Source of the DNA: Jimgerdemannia flammicorona
Lineage: Eukaryota
Reading direction: 5' to 3'
Assembly: GCA_003990765.1 (NCBI GenBank)
Contig: RBNJ01000129.1
Coordinates: 1 to 40,035, forward strand
Length of the DNA stretch: 40,035 nt
The notes beneath the pieces were generated by a model. It had not been told where the DNA came from. It worked only from the letters and a program-made list of their open reading frames with translations, and did not search any database. The number at the start of each line of letters is the position of its first letter. Position 1 is the stretch's first letter. Positions 35,056 to 40,035 of this stretch are shown here, one piece after another. The position numbers and the translations under genes are program-made.

Positions 35056-36227
35056 GAGAGTATACTGGAAGATTATACTACTACTGAGTAGCTGTGTATG
35101 TAAAATAAGTAATAACTTTCTCTACTTGTGAGTCTATAGTTATATAGAGATCTTCAATCTCATAGTACTTATTATTGTTTAGAGTACTGTCTGAGTTTCA
35201 ATTATCATTCTATCTATTGGCACAATAATTGCTATTGATTTATTCTATAAATATTATTACTTGGTCTGCTTTATCTTTAAATAATATAAGTTAGAGATCT
35301 TTTATAGATTTTTTTATTGCAATATTGAGATAAAAGGCTTAGATAAGTATAATCACTTGATCAGTCAGAGCTACTATCTTTTTATCTACTGATATTATTC
35401 TACTATTCTCATTACTTATATAGTAAGATAGTAGTAGTCTTTCTTTAGATACTATTACTATAGAGATAGTATAATATATGGTTGTTTCTTCTATAATATC
35501 ACTAAGATGGGTATACTTGATGATCAGTCTGTAGGTTGGTAGTTTTGATAGAGTTATTGGTAGATTTTCTATAGTAATTTTTGATAGACTTGATATTCTT
35601 AATAGTAGATATATAGTAGTACTAGAGCCACTGATATCAGATTCAAATATTTTGTTAATTATTTTTCTGAATTGAGATGATATAGTAAAGGCTTTCCTAA
35701 ATCCAATAGTTTGAAATTTTCATTATAGAATTATCTTTGCTTATATTAGTGATATAGGTGGAATTTTCTTTGATTGATATAATATTCCTTATATATAGTT
35801 CAGAAAGGCCTTGGCTTTATAATAGTAATTATTAGAGAGGATATTTAAGAAATATTCACTTGTAGCTTTGATAGATTCTCTTATATATTTCTCATAAAAG
35901 TAGCTGCTGATTAATCTTTCTGATTCCTTAAGTATGGGTGACTTCTTTATTGAATATAATGAATATGTCAAATACTTCTTAGATGGCTTCATTGTTGAGT
36001 CTATCAAATTTCTCTTAGCTAATATAGGTCTTAGTCTACTCAGTAATAATTTTATTAGTTTCTTTAGCTTGGTTCTGAAGAGTAGCCAGAGTGAAGATAT
36101 TCTTTGATTATTACTGATAATGTTGGTAATATTGACTAAGTTGTCTATATTTATAGTAAGTTCCTTGAGAGAAACTTGCTTATAGGTAGGAGTAATTTCT
36201 ACTACTACTAAATTATAATAAAACTAT

Positions 36228-38570
36228 TGTAACATATGATATAAAATAGAAACAGAAAATAGATATTTAATTGTAGTATCTAAATCTGATTTCCAATTTC
36301 ATATAGTATAGAAAATTACCTTTACTATGAATACTATATCTAAAATATTATCAGTAAAACTCTTATTACTTTCACAAATTTCAGATAGAATTTTATATGA
36401 AAAGACTTAATACTTAGCCACATATTTAGTAGCAGAATTAGTATACAAATTTGTATAAATAACTCAGTATTTTATAGTAAATAAACCTCAGTCAAATCAA
36501 GTCAGTTCAATTCAAAAGTCTTTCTTATATACTCTTCCTCTCCATTTCAAAATCCTACCAACTCACCAAGTTCTACATCTACTCCATTACAACTTAGTAC
36601 CTATTGGCTGATGATTTAAAATGAATTCTCACTTTTAAGCTAAAAAACAAACAACCACCAGACTACTAGACCATTGTACAGACTGTTATATCACACATAG
36701 TATTTGTCTATGCCATCTACTGTTAATTGCTTATTCTAGTTGTCAGGCTTGTTTCTGTGAACCATCAGTATTGAATAATAGATGTTTTGCAAAAGATTGT
36801 ATTATTGAGTTAATAGCCAGATCACTTCTTTGTTCAAGAGACAACATTATAAAAATTAATCACCAAAAATGCTGAACAAATTACCATACCAAACAGACTG
36901 CTGTATGGACTGCTACTGCTACCCAATTTTGAAAAAGATAAACAAACTGCTTTACAGACTGCTACTGCCATCTGATTTTGAAAAAAAAACAAATGAACTG
37001 CTATACAGACCACCATTGCCACCTAAATTTTGAAGACATTGTTTGTCTGTGCCATCTGCTGTTAGTTCTAGTTGTCAGCCTCATTTCTGTGAACCATTGA
37101 TATTGAACAATAGATGTTCTGCAAAGGACTGCATCATTGAGTTAATAGCCAGATTGCTCCTTAGTTCAAGGGACAACACTATAAGAATTAATCACTGAAA
37201 ACATCAAACAAACTGCTATACAAAGAACTGCTATAGAGAATTGAAAATATGTTGTATATGAACTACCTGAGTTAATTATTTGAAGATACCATTATCTGAC
37301 TTTTGACAACATATGAATGAAATAGACTGCCCCAAAGAATTGAAGATATATTATATATAAATAGACTGTCCTGGAGAATTAAAAGATGTCATAATGAACT
37401 GCCTGAGTTAATTATTTAAAGATACTATCATCAGACTTTTGACAATATATAAATGGACTACTCTGAAGAATTAAAAGATGCCACTATCTGACTTTTGATG
37501 ATATATAAATGGAATAGACCACTCTGAAGAATTAAAAGATATCATATATAAACTATCCACCTGACTTTTGAAGATGCCACTGTCTGACTTTTGATGATAT
37601 ATGAATATTGCCTATTATAAACAAACCACCTGAGTGAAGAATGCCACCCAACCTTTGAAGATACCATCACTCACCCAACTTTTGAAGATGCTATTGTCTG
37701 ACTTTTGATAACATACAAATGGAATAGACAGCCGTAGAGAATTAAAAGATATCACCTAAGTTAATTATTTGAAGAACACTGCTGCCCAAGACAACATATG
37801 AATAGACCACCATATAACATACAAATAGACTGCCATGGAGAATTAAAAGACACTATACAAACTGTCATCCAACTTTTGATAACATACAAATGGAATGGAC
37901 TGCTCTGGAGAATTTGAAGATGAGCTGTCACTTGATTTTTGAAGACCCCATTACCCAAACTGCCACCCAAACTGCCACCTAATTTTTAAAGACCCTATCA
38001 CTTGAACTGCTGCCCAAACTAATTATTTGAAGACTTTTGGAACCTTGAATAACATTTTAACAATTACCTGAATATATTATAAATATGTTCATATAGGGGA
38101 AACAAATATATAAACATTATAATATAAGAATTTGAATAGGTATTTTTGTGTCAAAAATAACCTATTTAGGGGGGAGATGTGATATATATGTAGTATGAAA
38201 TAGAAACAGAAAATAGACATTTGATTGTGGTACCTGAATCTGATTTCCAATTTAGTATAATATAGAAAATTATCTTTACTATAGATACTGTATCTAAAAC
38301 ATTATTAGTGAAACTCTTGTTACTTTCATGAATTTCAGATAAAATTTCACATGAGATTCTACCTGAGAATTTCACATAAAAAGACTTAATACTTAGTTGC
38401 ATATTTAGTAGCAGAATTAGCATACAAATCTGTATAAATAATCCAGTATTTTAGAGTGAATAAACCTCAGTCAGATTGAGTCAGTTCAATTCAAAAGTCT
38501 TTCTTATATACTCTTCCTCTCTATTTCAAAATCCTACCAACTCACTAAGTTCCACATCTGCTCTGTTACT
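36228..38570 (+). mobile_element. Non-autonomous LTR retroelement D (TRIM/LARD-like)
   Basis: Direct repeats 36228-36591 and 38178-38570; TSD CTAT (36224-36227 / 38571-38574); decayed PBS; PPT AGGGGGGAGA; non-coding repetitive interior. Confidence 0.88.
36700..38040. repeat. Internal tandem repeats of element D
   Basis: ~180-bp duplication (~36702-36885 vs ~37040-37220) and many GAAGATGCCACTGTCTGACTTTTGATGATATATAAATGGAATAGAC-like units. Confidence 0.85.
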
Positions 38571-38999
38571 CTATATACTGATAAAATTAATATATTATAA
38601 ATAATCAAGATAACTATCAGCTCTAAGTTCTGAGTACTTGTGAGAAAGTACTAAGTTCTAATTACCTGTTATAGTAGTATAGTTCAAGTATTGATTTTAG
38701 GTTTTTATGCTGATGAAAGTATCATACTTATATTCTAAGTTAATTAGATTCAGAATTATTAATAAGTTGGATCTGAAGTTTTTATAATAAGAATACTACT
38801 TTATTCTTATATTTAAGAAAAATAGAGCTGAGGTTACAATATACTCAGTATAGAGGATATTTATATAGATTTAAAGCTATAACTAAATATAGTATACTGA
38901 ATATATCTATATATAGTTATACTATATTGATTATCCATGACTATTAGTTAAAAATTCCATAGAAATTTCCATAGGAATTTCTATCAGAATTTTTATCAG

Positions 39000-39730
39000 A
39001 AATTCTGATGACTTATAGATATATAATAATTCATTATAAGTTCCAAGCTAAGTTTATTAGATCTTATAAGATTACTAAATTAGGTTCTATATTATTCAAT
39101 TATCTTAATTTATTTAAAACTATAAAAATTTACTCTATCTTTTATATATCTTATCTTAAGATTTAGAACTAATTACTATTCTATTTTAGTCAAATATCTA
39201 AACTATCTATCTCTATTATTATTAAAGACTATATTAAGTATAAGATAGAAAAATTTTAATAATAGTATTTACTATTATAGATCTGAATATATTTTAAGAA
39301 ATTTCTGATCAATTTTAATAATACTTAAAATTTTATTTAAAAATATAATAATTTTAAAAAATCTAATAAGAATATTGATTTTTTTCTTTTTTTAAAAAAA
39401 ATAAAATATAATAGTTTAGCTAGTTATATTATATTTTTATATTATTCTCTAATCTTTTTTATTTATTTATTTATTTTTTTTTTCAATATTTTAGTATATT
39501 ATAAATATTTAAAAATCTTCTCTTAAAATTAAAATATTTTTATTTTCTCTTAGTACTAAGTATTTTAACTAGTTATAAAATCTTTTAAAATATTATAAAA
39601 TATTATTTATTATCTTTTATGAAGATATTATCTTAGTTTTTTATTTTATTTTTTTAATTTTTTAGTATTTTTAGTCATATTTAGTCTTAGTATATTTTTG
39701 CATCTTTTAGTTAGTATTTTTTTGTTATTT
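39000..39730. other. Extremely AT-rich low-complexity tract
   Basis: Almost only A/T; no ORFs in the track. Confidence 0.8.
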
Positions 39731-40035
39731 CTTGAATATTCTACTATGTTCCACCATCTTCTACTTGCTTAAAAACTTTCTCTCAGTATTCAGACATTAC
39801 TAAAACACTCTTGTCTTTTTTTGGTACCAAGTATCTTATCTTAGCTAGTTATAGAACCTTTTGGAATATTATAGAACAGTATTAGTTATCTTTACTGAGA
39901 ACCTATTTATTGGTATTTCTCTTTCTTTTCAAGATCCTTCTAGATCTTTTTTTCAGATCCTGTATAAATATCCTTATTCTCTGCCTAAATAAAGCTCAGA
40001 ATATTTTCTCTCAGAAATTCTTTTTTTTTTTTTTT

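Noticed and set aside
36700-38040. Repeat-spacer-like pattern suggesting a CRISPR array
   Set aside because: The units are degenerate, the intervening segments are themselves repeated, no cas genes are present, and the context is a eukaryotic LTR element.

Overview
This window is a transposon graveyard with no intact cellular gene. It is eukaryotic, probably fungal and possibly early-diverging (inference), with strong CpG depletion. The backbone is one very decayed Ty1/Copia element (+ strand, 6314-~35055), which can be reassembled from four coding fragments plus a likely 3' LTR. Nested in it are two copies of a dUTPase-bearing Ty3/Gypsy family A (30-6313, 5' part missing; 6887-17094 with ~1.55 kb LTRs and TSD ATAT), a different dUTPase-bearing Gypsy family B (17288-27402, ~1.25 kb LTRs, TSD GTAC), a full-length L1/Tx1-like LINE (27908-33773, minus) and a 5'-truncated LINE (34551-34972, 17-bp TSD). 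Copy A2 carries a 1.4-kb minisatellite retro-insert with a 16-bp TSD. A non-coding LTR element D (36228-38570, TSD CTAT) shares family A's PBS and leader. The most unusual signal is a 'complex retroelement' architecture shared by the two divergent Gypsy families: gag-PR-(Cys/His module)-dUTPase-RT-RNaseH, then integrase as a separate ORF coupled by a stop/start overlap, then an apparently homologous accessory ORF of unknown function. That ORF lies inside the LTR in family A and just before the PPT in family B. All translations of decayed regions were done by eye and read through stop codons.
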